Assembly: GCA_038230375.1 (NCBI GenBank)
Contig: JBBRNJ010000009.1
Location: 64,001 to 128,000, forward strand
DNA: 64,000 bases
Reading direction: 5' to 3'
Source: Polyangiales bacterium
GTDB lineage: Bacteria; Myxococcota_A; Polyangia; Polyangiales; Polyangiaceae
The position numbers and the translations under genes were made by a program. This document shows, one piece after another, positions 48,190 through 58,642 of the stretch. Position 1 is the stretch's first letter. Each line of letters starts with the position of its first letter. Under the pieces are notes generated by a model that saw nothing but the letters and a program-made list of their open reading frames with translations, made no database searches and had not been told where the DNA came from.

Positions 48190-48537
48190 ATGATCACGCG
48201 CGAGAGCATCGAGGGCCTCTTCCACAGCGTCCGGTCGCGTACGAAGCTCAACATAGACGCGCCATGTCTTTGGTCATATTTCTTCGTGGACGCGAGCCGC
48301 GACAAGCTCACCACGGCCGGAAGGGCGCTTGAGCCGCATGGCTTCACGGTCATCGGGTTTCTTGGCAGTGGCGCACGTGGAGAGGGGGAGTGGTTGCGTG
48401 TCGATCGAATCGAAACGCACAGCGTGGACACCCTTCTCACGCTGAACGCGTGGCTATATGGACTCGCCCAGCACTATGAGCTCGAGTCGTACGACGGCAT
48501 GGAAGTGGGCTCGGCCGCGAACGGGGTTGGCCACTAA
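48190..48537 (+). CDS. RraB-like (ribonuclease E inhibitor domain) protein
   Basis: WSYFF...L...GF...YDG pattern recalled for this family. Confidence 0.6.
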   Translation: MITRESIEGLFHSVRSRTKLNIDAPCLWSYFFVDASRDKLTTAGRALEPHGFTVIGFLGSGARGEGEWLRVDRIETHSVDTLLTLNAWLYGLAQHYELESYDGMEVGSAANGVGH

Positions 48538-48644
48538 GGCGTGGTGGCCTCACGGACCGGCAATCATTCTCCGCCGACGAGGGTTTGATCGCGAGTAACT
48601 TCGACGACGAGGGCCCGCGTGACCCCTTCAAGGATTGGTGGCGC

Positions 48645-49259
48645 ATGTACCGGTGTTCGCAGTGTGGCAAGGACAATGACGCCACTTACAAGTTCTGCCT
48701 TGGCTGTGGGGCCTCGGGACCACGTCGTGAGCCCGAGCCCACGCCTCACAACGCGCTTGGCTGGCCCGGTGCGCCTGCTGGTGGTCAGCTGCGCTGCGGC
48801 GCGTGCGGAACGATGAACGCGCCTGCCAACGCGTTCTGTTCCAGTTGAGCGCACAAGTTCGAGCGCGCGGTGCCGGCGGCGGGACCTGCTGCGAGCGGAC
48901 CGACGTTTCGCGATTTCGCGCCTCGGCTTGCGTTCGCGCTTTTCACCGCTCACCAGCACGTGACCACGCGCCCCGACCATCATGCGCACGTCGCGATCAT
49001 CGCGGGCAGCATCCTGGCGGTCGCGCGAGCGATCCAGAGCCGCATCGCGCCGAGCCACGCCGTGATGGGTGATGCTGGCTCTCTTGCCATCCGCGATGGT
49101 GGCTTCGCGCAAGACGATCCGCTCGTGGTCGCTTATGGGCAGATCTTCGAGTTCTGTCGGCAACACGCGCGTGACGACGCGGGCCTTGCCGCTGCAGCAG
49201 CAGACGCCGATCTCGCAGCCCGAGCACAGGCCCTCGCCGACGCGCTGCGCATGCGCTGA
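48645..49259 (+). pseudogene. Double zinc-ribbon protein interrupted by in-frame TGA at 48846-48848
   Basis: CSQC..CLGC..CGAC..CSS[TGA]; the same frame stays open to 49259. Confidence 0.6.
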
Positions 49260-49269
49260 CTCCTGCGAG

Positions 49270-49893
49270 TCAACTGCGGGCGTCGAAGTCCACCATGGCT
49301 TCGCTCGGGTCCTGCGGGTTCACCAGTACGGACAGCGTGGCGCCTTGATAGATCCGTCCGCCCTGACCGCGGACCACGGGGACGTTCAGGTTGGTCTCCC
49401 ACGGTGCGCGGCCATCCAGTGCGATGCGCACGAGGACCTGCCAGTTGGTCTCGCCGTCGACCTTGAAGTTGGACTCCGTGTAGCTCAGCACGGTCGCATG
49501 TCCGCGCACGCCGCTTGCGCGAAGGCGCTTCCCTCGCTCGATTGCCTGCAGACCCTTCTTGCCGAGACGGATGAGCAGCACGGCAAGTGCAACAAAGACG
49601 AGGCCGAAGACCGCGACTCCGCCGACGAATCCGAGCGCGAGCCCTGCGCCGTGGTCGACCTCGCTCGCGACCCGCACTGCGACCACCACGGACACCAGGG
49701 CAGCGATCAAGCTGACGGCCGCGAAGACCGCGAACATCACGCCGATGCCAATGGCCACGTACGCGTTCGTGCGCTTGGCGCTCTCGACATCGCGCCTTCC
49801 GCGCTCCGTAATCTCTTCGAGGGGAGTCACTCCTCGACGATAGCCGTCATCCGCGGCGGCGCCGCTTCCTTTGGTGATCTTTCGCTGAACCAT
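49270..49893 (-). CDS. Two-TM membrane protein with C-terminal beta domain (DUF3592-like)
   Basis: Two TMs, then GVRGHATVL...GATLSVLVNPQDP. Confidence 0.6.
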   Translation of the reverse strand: MVQRKITKGSGAAADDGYRRGVTPLEEITERGRRDVESAKRTNAYVAIGIGVMFAVFAAVSLIAALVSVVVAVRVASEVDHGAGLALGFVGGVAVFGLVFVALAVLLIRLGKKGLQAIERGKRLRASGVRGHATVLSYTESNFKVDGETNWQVLVRIALDGRAPWETNLNVPVVRGQGGRIYQGATLSVLVNPQDPSEAMVDFDARS

Positions 49894-49923
49894 CGCGTAA
49901 GAAATGAGGGATCATCACCGGCG

Positions 49924-51183
49924 ATGAGCTTTCCCCCGTCGCTCGGCAACGGTCGCTACGTGCTTCATGGCGTGCTCGGTGAGGGCGCCCAGGGAACCAC
50001 CTACGACGCGACCGACACGACCCACGACAGGGCCGTTGCGATCAAGCGCTTCGCCGTTCGCGACGCGAAGAGCTGGAAGGACGTGGAGCTTGCAGAGCGC
50101 GAGGCCCGCGTTCTTTCGACGCTCGATCATCCTCTGGTGCCACGCTACATCGAGCACTTCGAGGAAGACGGCGCGCTGTACCTGGTGATGGAGAAGGTGC
50201 ACGGCGAGACCCTGGACGCGATTCGCCGTCGCGAGGGCGCGCTGTCGGAGGAAGAGGTGCGTCGCTTCCTTGCAGACGCGGACCGCGCGCTCACGTACCT
50301 GCACGGGCGCGCCGCGCCGATCGTCCACCGTGACATCAAGCCACGCAACGTCATCCGCCGTCCCGATGGGTCGTACGTGCTCGTGGACTTTGGCGCGGTG
50401 AGTGAGCTCGTGCTCCGTCGCGGTGGCGGCAGCACCATCGTCGGGACCATGGGCTACATGGCACCGGAGCAGTTCCAGGGCCGCTCGTTGCCGCAGACGG
50501 ACGTGTACGCCGTTGGCGCGACCGCGCTCGCCGCGCTCACCGGTGTGGAGCCGGAGACACTTCCACATCGCGGGCTGCGTGTGGACGTCCAGGCGTCGCT
50601 CGGTGATCGCATGTCTCCAGCGCTGGTGTCTTCGCTGTCGCAGATGCTGGAGCCCGATCCAGACCAGCGGGCGCGCAGCCTGGCGGCGGCGCTCGATCCG
50701 CCGCGATCAAAGCCCCCGTCGCGCCCGTCTTCCCCGCTCGTCGTGGTGCGTCCCGCGGAGCCCGCGCTCGATCAGGCGAAGGAAGACGCCGCGGTGAAGA
50801 GCATCCGCAACCTGCTCTGGGTGCTCTGGGGTCTGGGCTGGGTGATCGTGCCGGTGACCCTGGGGGCACTGCTGCACATGGGCCGCTTCATCCCGGCGAT
50901 CATGTTCACGTGGCTCGCGGCGGTCTTCATCGTGACATGGCACAAGGGCGCGATGATCCGCGCCGCGCTGCGGAAGGTGCAAGGCGGCGGCGCGGACACC
51001 CACGCTGCAGACACGCACGAACCCGCAGCAGCAATGAAGCAGCGCGTCGGCTCCACGGCCGCGAGCTCACCGCCAGTGCGTGTGCAAACGTCGGACACGG
51101 ACGCGAGCCTGGTGACGGCCGAAACAGAAGTCGACACCCTGGCTGAAGAGCCCGCCCGGCGCGTACGCCGCGCACCACGCTGA
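49924..51183 (+). CDS. Ser/Thr protein kinase with C-terminal TMs
   Basis: GEGAQG, VAIK, HRDIKPRN, DFG and GYMAPE motifs. Confidence 0.92.
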   Translation: MSFPPSLGNGRYVLHGVLGEGAQGTTYDATDTTHDRAVAIKRFAVRDAKSWKDVELAEREARVLSTLDHPLVPRYIEHFEEDGALYLVMEKVHGETLDAIRRREGALSEEEVRRFLADADRALTYLHGRAAPIVHRDIKPRNVIRRPDGSYVLVDFGAVSELVLRRGGGSTIVGTMGYMAPEQFQGRSLPQTDVYAVGATALAALTGVEPETLPHRGLRVDVQASLGDRMSPALVSSLSQMLEPDPDQRARSLAAALDPPRSKPPSRPSSPLVVVRPAEPALDQAKEDAAVKSIRNLLWVLWGLGWVIVPVTLGALLHMGRFIPAIMFTWLAAVFIVTWHKGAMIRAALRKVQGGGADTHAADTHEPAAAMKQRVGSTAASSPPVRVQTSDTDASLVTAETEVDTLAEEPARRVRRAPR

Positions 51184-51206
51184 GGCCGCGCCTGATCTGA
51201 GCTACG

Positions 51207-52400
51207 GTGAGCATCGTGGATCCGCTCCTCCTGGCCGTGCCGCTCTTCTTGCTGCTCATGGCCGCAGAGGCCATCGTGCTCGCGCGGCGCGGTGAGCGCG
51301 GCTACAGGCTGAACGACTTCGCGAGCGCGATCGCATGTGCGTTACTCGACCAGCTGGGCATCCTCACGCTCGGCGCGCTCTATCTTGGCCTCTACACGCT
51401 CTTGCAGGAACGCTTTGGCCTGGTGCACGTATCGCCGCGCTCGCCGCTCGCGTGGATCGCGTGCGTGATCGCGCACGACCTTGCGTACTACGCCTACCAC
51501 CGCGCATCGCACCGCGTGAACGTGCTCTGGGCTGCGCATGCCGTGCACCACCAGAGCGAGGAGTACAACTTCACGGTGTCGTTCCGGCAGGGCGCGATCG
51601 CCACGGTCGTGACGTACGCGTTCTATGCGCCGCTCGCGCTCGCTGGCTTTCCCGTGCGCATGTTCCTTGTCGTGCACGGCGTGTATCAGGTCTACCAGTT
51701 CTTCGTTCACACGCGCCTCGTGTCGCGCCTGGGGCCGCTGGAGCTCGTGCTCGCCACACCAAGCCACCACCGCGTCCACCACGGAAAAGATCGCGCGTTC
51801 GTGGATCGCAACTATGGCGGCTTCTCGATCCTGATGGACCGCGTGCTCGGCACCTTCGCCGAGGAGACGCACGAGCCGTCTTACGGCGTGCCTCGCGGCA
51901 TCCGCAGCTGGAGCCCGTTCTGGGCGAACCTGCACCCATTTGCGGAGCTGTGGACGCGCAGCCGGAAGGCGCCCAGCTGGGCGGATGCGATCGCGGTGTG
52001 GTTCGTGGCGCCCGAGCGCACGTTCGCCTGGGAAGCGCCGGCGCGTGAGACATCTGGCTACGACCGCACCGCGCCTCCGGAGCTCGCGGGCTATCTGGTC
52101 GTGCAGCTGCTGCACGCGTCGCTCGTGACCATGGGGCTGGCCTATCTGTGGAGCGGACTCCCGCCGTGGCTCGCGCGCGGCTGCCTGGTGTTCGTGTGGG
52201 CGGCGCTCGCGTCGGTGATGTCGTTCTTCGATCGGAAGACGTGGGGGCTCCTGGTCGAGCGGGTGCGGCTCGTCGTCGGCATCGTCGCATTCGCTGCCGC
52301 GGCGATCACGTGGAAGAGCGGAGTGGCCGCGGTGCTCGTGCTCGCATGTGCGGCGTCACTCGCCATGCTGCAAGGCTCGCTGCCGGGCAAGCGAAGCTAG
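51207..52400 (+). CDS. Fatty acid hydroxylase/sterol desaturase family, alkylglycerol monooxygenase-like
   Basis: His boxes HRASH, HAVHHQSEEYN, FVH and SHHRVHH. Confidence 0.85.
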   Translation: MSIVDPLLLAVPLFLLLMAAEAIVLARRGERGYRLNDFASAIACALLDQLGILTLGALYLGLYTLLQERFGLVHVSPRSPLAWIACVIAHDLAYYAYHRASHRVNVLWAAHAVHHQSEEYNFTVSFRQGAIATVVTYAFYAPLALAGFPVRMFLVVHGVYQVYQFFVHTRLVSRLGPLELVLATPSHHRVHHGKDRAFVDRNYGGFSILMDRVLGTFAEETHEPSYGVPRGIRSWSPFWANLHPFAELWTRSRKAPSWADAIAVWFVAPERTFAWEAPARETSGYDRTAPPELAGYLVVQLLHASLVTMGLAYLWSGLPPWLARGCLVFVWAALASVMSFFDRKTWGLLVERVRLVVGIVAFAAAAITWKSGVAAVLVLACAASLAMLQGSLPGKRS

Positions 52401-52416
52401 CTCCGGTGCGCGAGGA

Positions 52417-53595
52417 TCACGGCCACGCGACCGGAAAGACCATGCTCTGCCCGGTCCACTGGACGCCACCTTCGGGGCGCATGAGCCCTTGCTCGGTGCC
52501 CCAGAGGTAGCTCGTGCCAGGGGTGACTCCGCCCGCGTCCAGGGGCGCCTTCCCCGTGTTGAAGCCGCCGTCGTAGACGAAGCTCGTCGCCGTTCCCGGC
52601 GCAGACGCAAACCACGGGTCACCGATCGAGGCGCCGGGTCCGTAGAGATCGAACCGAGTATTCACGGCATCCGAGAGCAGCGTGAACGTGAACGTCGCGG
52701 GAAGCGCGCCCGTGGCGCCGGTCGGCTGCATCGCCGCGTAGCCGTCGTACTTCATCTCCACGGAGCCCACGGCCGAGTCAGCCGCCACCGTGAACGGACC
52801 GCTGATCGCGCGACGGAGCGCATCATTCTTCAGCGGATCGCGGGCCATGTCCGTCTGCGTGAGGAACGTTGGATGCCACACCTGCAAGCGCCACGTGCCC
52901 GCTGCGACGGGCAGCGTGAACGTCCCATCGGCCCCGGTCGTGAGGCGGTCCGCAAAGAAATGATGTGACTTCGGCTCCTCGCGCTCCACCACGACCAGGT
53001 AGCCGGTCGCGGGCGCTGCATTCAGCAGCACGGTCCCGGTGACCTTGTGTGAAGGCGCCGCGGCGGCCTGGGGCACCGTGAGCTGCGAGCATGGGTTCGG
53101 ATCGTTCTTGTTGAACGTGGGTGAGGCGGCGGGGCAAGCGACGAACGCTGGCTCACGTGGATCGATCGCGTAGCGCGACAACATTGCAGGCGCCGCTGCC
53201 GCGGCATCGCCGGTGACCTTGAAGACGTACGCATACTGCCCCGCCGGCAACGTGGCGGTTCCGGTGAAGGTGCCCGCGCCGTCGTCCTTGAGCGAGAGGA
53301 GCGGCGCAGTCCAGTCGCTGCTCTGTCCGAACCCACCCATGACGTCGACGCTCTTCACGCCTTTCCACGACGGGTTGTACGAGAACACGACCTGCGATGG
53401 CGCTGCCGCGTCGGTTCCATTCGAGGAGTCCGTTGTCGTCGATGCATCGTGGGTGGACGTCTGCGCGTCCTCCCCCCCGGACGCCGCATCGGCCACCCCG
53501 GGTGAGCTCGACGAGTCACCGCCGCAGGCGATTCCAAGGGAAATCACGACACCCGAGAGCGCGAAGACGAAGAGCGGAACGATGTGAGGTCGCAT
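52417..53595 (-). CDS. Lipoprotein with CBM48/glycogen-binding-like domain
   Basis: IAC lipobox; SVDVMGGF..W...LPAGQYAYVF...DP. Confidence 0.65.
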   Translation of the reverse strand: MRPHIVPLFVFALSGVVISLGIACGGDSSSSPGVADAASGGEDAQTSTHDASTTTDSSNGTDAAAPSQVVFSYNPSWKGVKSVDVMGGFGQSSDWTAPLLSLKDDGAGTFTGTATLPAGQYAYVFKVTGDAAAAAPAMLSRYAIDPREPAFVACPAASPTFNKNDPNPCSQLTVPQAAAAPSHKVTGTVLLNAAPATGYLVVVEREEPKSHHFFADRLTTGADGTFTLPVAAGTWRLQVWHPTFLTQTDMARDPLKNDALRRAISGPFTVAADSAVGSVEMKYDGYAAMQPTGATGALPATFTFTLLSDAVNTRFDLYGPGASIGDPWFASAPGTATSFVYDGGFNTGKAPLDAGGVTPGTSYLWGTEQGLMRPEGGVQWTGQSMVFPVAWP

Positions 53596-53636
53596 GCGGC
53601 GGGCTGATGCAAGATGCGTGTCGCCCCGGGGTTCCG

Positions 53637-55325
53637 CTATCGCGGTGACACTGTGGAGCTTCGCCACCGTCGCTCGCCGAGCGCCTTGATCGCCGCGTCC
53701 GCAAGTAGCGAGTCGTACTTTGCGTAGTTGTCCCATGTTGGTGGAATGCGCACGTCGGGCGGGATCAGGTGGCCCTCCACCATGTCGCCGTCGGCGCTCA
53801 CGTCGTAGCTGAACGCGAGATCGATCGTGCCCAGCGGCAGGCGTCCAGGTATGGGCGCGCGATAGCGATTCGTCGTGAAGCCCGCCATGCTCGGCATGCC
53901 GATGAGCGGACCGAAGGCGTTCTTCTTCCAGGTGTAGACGAACGCATCGCACGAGCTGCCGCAGTTCGGGCCAATGAGCAGTGCCACGGGAAGCTTCGTC
54001 ACCTGGTGGCTCGCAACGAACTCGTTGTTCCAGTCGCACGTATCTGGCTTGCACTCGAACGGCCGCTTTGCGCAGAAGGGCTCGTCGCCTGGCTCCTTCA
54101 CGCACTTCATGTAGAAATCCTTCACGGCCTTCGGCGTGTTGACCACGAACTTCTCGAGCGCCTCACGATCACCGACGAGCTGCGTCTTGCGCATCACCGT
54201 GAACGTGTCGGTGTAGGGGCGGGCGGGCGCCCACCAGTCGACGAAGCTGTTCGGATCGTTTCCGCCGCCGTTCTCACGCATGTCCAGGATCACGCCCTTC
54301 GCCTGCTTCTGCAGCGAGAGGCGGAGAGTGAGCGAGTCGTGATCGGCCAGGAACTCCTGCGCCCCGTCCGCGAAGTAACGGAACGAGACCTGCCGCACGA
54401 TCGGATAGAACGACCGCGGCGGTTTATCTGCAACATACATGCAAAAATGAGCGCCGTGCCCGGACAGCTTGTAGCCGTCGTACTTCGCCGGGTCGGCATC
54501 GCCACAGTCCTCGTCCGCGTAGTCGACCCAGGAGTCGTCGGGCAGATCATCGTCCACGCGCTCTTTCCACGTGAGCTCGACGGTCTTCTTGTCCCCCGTC
54601 TTGCGCGAGCGCACGACCCACTTGCTGACATCGCCGTCGCGCGTGAGCGACTCGGCGTTGCGCCGCCGCGTGAGGAAGCGCCCGGCCGCAATCGCGAGCT
54701 GCGGCCAGTTGTTGAAGCTCCCCTCGTTCCGGTGGACGCGCGCGAGGTCCGCGGCGGCGACGCCATCTGCGGACTCGATGATGTCGCCCGGCTCGAGCCC
54801 CACAATGCTCTTGTCCCAGATCTCCGCCACGTAGTACTCGAACGCGGCGCCCTTCTCCTCGACGCCGAGCTTGATACGCATGCGCGTCACCTGCGCGCGC
54901 GAGGGCGCACGGTAGTTACAGTGCATGTCGTGCAGGCTGTTGCCAAAGTGCCAGAGCGCCACGCTGAGCTTGTCCCTGCTGTCAGCACGTGCGAATTCAT
55001 CACGCAGCGCAGGTAGGTCGTCGCGGTCCCAGTCCAGGCCCAGGTTGTCCTTCGTGTGCTGCGAGAATACGTGGAGTGCATGGACGCGATCCACGAGCTC
55101 GCGGACGAGCGTCAAGCGCTCCGCCGCATCCAGATCGCCGGACGGTGACGGCGGCGGAGGTGGCACGGGTGCGAGCGTCGGCTCGGCGGATGGGCACGCA
55201 GGCGCCTTGGCTGGGTGGTCCTGCGGTGCGCCGCATGCGCCCATGGACAGGCCGAGAGCGGTGCCGGCGAACGCGTGGGCGACTCGGGAGGATGACCACG
55301 AGACGGACCAGAAGTTCCGGCGCAT
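53637..55325 (-). CDS. S41-family peptidase lipoprotein with PDZ domain
   Basis: GAC lipobox; GLEPGDII, ILDMRENGGG, GSSCD and EGHLIPPD motifs. Confidence 0.82.
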   Translation of the reverse strand: MRRNFWSVSWSSSRVAHAFAGTALGLSMGACGAPQDHPAKAPACPSAEPTLAPVPPPPPSPSGDLDAAERLTLVRELVDRVHALHVFSQHTKDNLGLDWDRDDLPALRDEFARADSRDKLSVALWHFGNSLHDMHCNYRAPSRAQVTRMRIKLGVEEKGAAFEYYVAEIWDKSIVGLEPGDIIESADGVAAADLARVHRNEGSFNNWPQLAIAAGRFLTRRRNAESLTRDGDVSKWVVRSRKTGDKKTVELTWKERVDDDLPDDSWVDYADEDCGDADPAKYDGYKLSGHGAHFCMYVADKPPRSFYPIVRQVSFRYFADGAQEFLADHDSLTLRLSLQKQAKGVILDMRENGGGNDPNSFVDWWAPARPYTDTFTVMRKTQLVGDREALEKFVVNTPKAVKDFYMKCVKEPGDEPFCAKRPFECKPDTCDWNNEFVASHQVTKLPVALLIGPNCGSSCDAFVYTWKKNAFGPLIGMPSMAGFTTNRYRAPIPGRLPLGTIDLAFSYDVSADGDMVEGHLIPPDVRIPPTWDNYAKYDSLLADAAIKALGERRWRSSTVSPR

Positions 55326-55463
55326 CGGCGCACGATACACCGGAACTTTCCACCAGGGGCCGTGTCACGAGAGGAGAACCTCATGCCGCGCACGCCTCCT
55401 CCAGAGCGGCCCGCGCACTTGCCCTTTGCATGGGATAGCCCAACCCTGGCACGATGGCTTGAC

Positions 55464-56069
55464 GTGGCGCTACCCGACGACATCGAAGCGAAGCTCGTCG
55501 AGCGACTGATCGTCCGCGACGAGCGCGCGTTCAACGAGCTCGTGAAGACCTACGAGCGGCGCGTCTTTGCGCTGATCCTCCGCATGCTCGGCAACCGCGC
55601 GGAGGCAGAAGAGGTCGCGCAGGAGGTCTTCATCCAGGTCTTCAAGGCCATCAGCACGTTCCGTGGCGAGTCTAAGCTCTCCACGTGGATCTATCGAATC
55701 GCAGTGAACCTCTGCAAGAACCGCTCGAAGTACCTGAAGGTGCGGCACTCCGGAGAGCAGGATGAGCTCGAGGCCGTGGCCGAGCGCGTGCCGCTTGGCG
55801 AGGCGCGGCGCGCGAACGTGGGCCAGGTGGAGCGCCCGGACGAGGCGCTCGCGGGCCGACAGGTGGAGAAGATCGTGCAGGAGGCCATCCTGGAGCTGGA
55901 GGACAGCTTCCGCGAATGCTTGGTTTTGCGTGATGTGGAGGAGCTGAGCTACGAAGAGATCGAGCAGATCACGGGGCTCGCGGAGGGCACCGTGAAGAGC
56001 AGGATCCACCGCGCGCGCGCGCAGCTTCGAGAGATCGTCGAGAAGCGCCTCGGGGAGAAGATCAAATGA
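55464..56069 (+). CDS. ECF sigma factor
   Basis: AEEVAQEVF, LSTWIYRIAVN, LSYEEI...GTVKSRIHRAR. Start uncertain. Confidence 0.92.
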   Translation: MALPDDIEAKLVERLIVRDERAFNELVKTYERRVFALILRMLGNRAEAEEVAQEVFIQVFKAISTFRGESKLSTWIYRIAVNLCKNRSKYLKVRHSGEQDELEAVAERVPLGEARRANVGQVERPDEALAGRQVEKIVQEAILELEDSFRECLVLRDVEELSYEEIEQITGLAEGTVKSRIHRARAQLREIVEKRLGEKIK

Positions 56070-56428
56070 CGGACAAGCCCAAGGCACCAGACGACGTGAA
56101 GGCCGAAGAGAAGGCCGAAATGAAGGCCGACGTGAAGGCCGAAGAGAAGGAGCCCATCGAGGAGGCCCGCGACTCCAAGGACGACATGGCCATCTCGCAG
56201 CTGCTCAAGAAGTCGCTCGCGCCGGAGGAGCGTGAGGAGGCGCCAAAGGAGAGCATGCTCCCGAGCGTGCAGCGGAAGCTCCGCGTACGCTCGAAGGGGA
56301 AGTTCTACGCGGACGGGTGGAGCACGTCGCAGTCGAAGATGAACTACGCGCTGGTCGCGGTGATCATGCTCGTGGTGATCGCAGCCTGCTACCTTGCGCT
56401 CGGCCCTACCGGCTTCACCACGCGCTGA
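56066..56428 (+). CDS. Putative anti-sigma small membrane protein
   Basis: ATGA overlap with the sigma gene; C-terminal TM. Confidence 0.6.
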   Translation: MTDKPKAPDDVKAEEKAEMKADVKAEEKEPIEEARDSKDDMAISQLLKKSLAPEEREEAPKESMLPSVQRKLRVRSKGKFYADGWSTSQSKMNYALVAVIMLVVIAACYLALGPTGFTTR

Positions 56429-57681
56429 TCGGGAAACGCCGGCAGCGGCAGCTGGCTCACCACCAGCGCCGCGACGATTCCCCAGAGCGAGCACATCGTG
56501 AGCGTGAGGGCCGTGCCGCTCCTCTTCGCGAGCCACCCTGCGAAGAGCGCAGAGAGCACCCATCCGCCGAGCCACGACACGCTGTAGACAGAAACCACCC
56601 TTGTTTTGCCGCCTTCTGGTGCGTGAAGCTGGACCAGCGAGACCAGCGTCGCGAACGTGCCGACCCACCCGACGCCCGCGAACACGAACGCCACGCGCGC
56701 CACCCACACGTTCTTCACGAGCGCAGAGATCAGCACTGCGCACGAGAACGTGAAGATCATCGCCGCGGTGTAGAGCTGCGGCGGCACCCTCACGCGCGCG
56801 CGCTTCATCACGCTTGCGCCGAGCACCGCGCCCGCACCGAGCGCGCCGACGAGGCTGCCGTAGCCCCGTGCATCCATCCCGAGCTCCACCTTCGCGAACA
56901 CGGGCAGCACGGACATCATGCCCGCGGCAGGAACGACGAACGTCATCACGGCCATCACGCACGCGCGAATCTTCGGATCGCCGTAGACCATGTGGACGCC
57001 TGCGAGCGCGCCGGCCCACGTGCTCTCGGTGGTGGGCGTTGTCGGGCGCCCCGCGCGCGAGACCTCGCGGATCTTCCCGTGCATCAGGAGCACGACGATG
57101 ACCGCGACGAACGAGAGCCCGTTCACGAGAAACGAGACCGGCGGTCCGAAGAGCCCGAGCAGATACCCACCGAGCATCGGCCCGAGCACGCGCGCAATGT
57201 TGAAGCTGACGGAGTTGAGCGCGATCGCCTCCGGCATGTGCTCGCGCGGCACGAGCTCCGGCACCAGCGAATGCCACGCCGGATTGTTGATCGCGCTCGC
57301 CGTTCCAATGCCTGTTGCGGCTGCAATGAGCGTGTACGGACCGACCAGATGAAGGTAGCTCAAGAGCGAGAGCACGAGCGCCACGAGCGCCGCCATGGCC
57401 TGCCCGACAACGAGCACGAGCCTTCGATCCACGCGGTCCGCGATCACTGCGGCGGGAATGGAGAACAGGAAGCTTGGCGCGGTGAGCCCCACGGAGATCA
57501 ACGCGACCCACATCGCGCTCTTGGTGATGTCCAGCATCACCCACGATTGCGCGACGTCATGGACGAACGTGCCGATGTTGGAGAACGTGGCCGCAAGCCA
57601 CAGGGTTCGATAGCCAGAGAACGAAAGGGGAGAACGCTGCGCGCTCGAGACGGGCATCTCGGCCCGTTCTGGTGCGCTCAA
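56389..57681 (-). CDS. MFS transporter
   Basis: About 12 TMs; IADRVDRR motif A. Confidence 0.9.
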   Translation of the reverse strand: MSAPERAEMPVSSAQRSPLSFSGYRTLWLAATFSNIGTFVHDVAQSWVMLDITKSAMWVALISVGLTAPSFLFSIPAAVIADRVDRRLVLVVGQAMAALVALVLSLLSYLHLVGPYTLIAAATGIGTASAINNPAWHSLVPELVPREHMPEAIALNSVSFNIARVLGPMLGGYLLGLFGPPVSFLVNGLSFVAVIVVLLMHGKIREVSRAGRPTTPTTESTWAGALAGVHMVYGDPKIRACVMAVMTFVVPAAGMMSVLPVFAKVELGMDARGYGSLVGALGAGAVLGASVMKRARVRVPPQLYTAAMIFTFSCAVLISALVKNVWVARVAFVFAGVGWVGTFATLVSLVQLHAPEGGKTRVVSVYSVSWLGGWVLSALFAGWLAKRSGTALTLTMCSLWGIVAALVVSQLPLPAFPDQRVVKPVGPSAR

Positions 57682-57682
57682 C

Positions 57683-58456
57683 TCACGCGACCCAGCGCGC
57701 GAGGATCACGGTGATGTTGTCGGGGCCGCCGTTCGCGTTGCCGCGCTCGATGAGGCCCGCAGCGCACGCCTTCAGGTCCGTCGTGGTGGTGATGATCTGC
57801 AGCATGTCCTCGTCGGTCACGGGGCCGGAGAGGCCGTCCGAGCAGAGGAGGTAGACGTCGTTCGCGCGCGGTTGCTCGTAGCGCGTGTCCACCTTCACGG
57901 TGTCCTTCATGCCGAGGGCGCGCACGATGACGTTCTTGTGCGGGAAGTTTGCGATCTCTTCCGGCGTGAGCCGCTTCATCTTGATGTAGTCGTTCAAGAG
58001 CGAGTGGTCTTCCGTGAGCTGCTCGATCTTGTTGTCGCGTACGCGATAGATGCGCGAGTCACCGACGTGGGCAACGTAGACGCCGTCCTCGACAGCGAAC
58101 ATGGTCACGATGGTAGTGCCCATGCCGCGCTGACGGGCGTCGCGCTGCGCGCTCTCGTAGATGCGCAGGTTGGCGAGCTTGATGCCGGTGATGAGCCGGT
58201 TCTCCTCGTAGCCCTTGGAGCGATCCATCTTGTAGGGCCAGGTGCGCTCGGGGTCCTGGGCGGTCGCAGCGAAGAACTCGCGCAACGCGTCCACGGCCAT
58301 CTTGCTCGCGACCTCACCAGACGCGTGACCGCCCATGCCATCAGCAACGATGTAGAGACCACTCTCCTCGACGATGGAGAAGTTGTCCTCGTTGTGATTG
58401 CGCTTCATGCCGACGTTCGTTTCGCCGGCTACTTCGATTCGGAGCGGTCCCGCCAC
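57683..58456 (-). CDS. PP2C-type Ser/Thr phosphatase (Stp1 family)
   Basis: RNHNED, VADGMGG, HVGDSR, LCSDGL and DNIT motifs. Confidence 0.95.
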   Translation of the reverse strand: MAGPLRIEVAGETNVGMKRNHNEDNFSIVEESGLYIVADGMGGHASGEVASKMAVDALREFFAATAQDPERTWPYKMDRSKGYEENRLITGIKLANLRIYESAQRDARQRGMGTTIVTMFAVEDGVYVAHVGDSRIYRVRDNKIEQLTEDHSLLNDYIKMKRLTPEEIANFPHKNVIVRALGMKDTVKVDTRYEQPRANDVYLLCSDGLSGPVTDEDMLQIITTTTDLKACAAGLIERGNANGGPDNITVILARWVA

Positions 58457-58642
58457 GACAAGGCCTTCCTTTTCAAGCGTGCACCACCCGTGTCAACCGC
58501 CGATAAACCTTCGGGGTTCCCGATACACGGGAACAACGAAAACACACCTGGCGATGGAAGGGGACAAAATCCCACGTCCTCGACAGCATGAGGTGGTCAT
58601 CACGTTGAATTGGCAGGTGAGTCGGAGGGGGTGCGACCTGAA

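Noticed and set aside
49069..49923. N-terminal extension making a 704-aa kinase
   Set aside because: Antisense to the 49270-49893 membrane-protein gene; the kinase domain begins right after ATG 49924.
55447..55462. TGGCACG sigma54-like site before the ECF sigma gene
   Set aside because: No GC at the required N10 spacing, and too close to the likely start codon.
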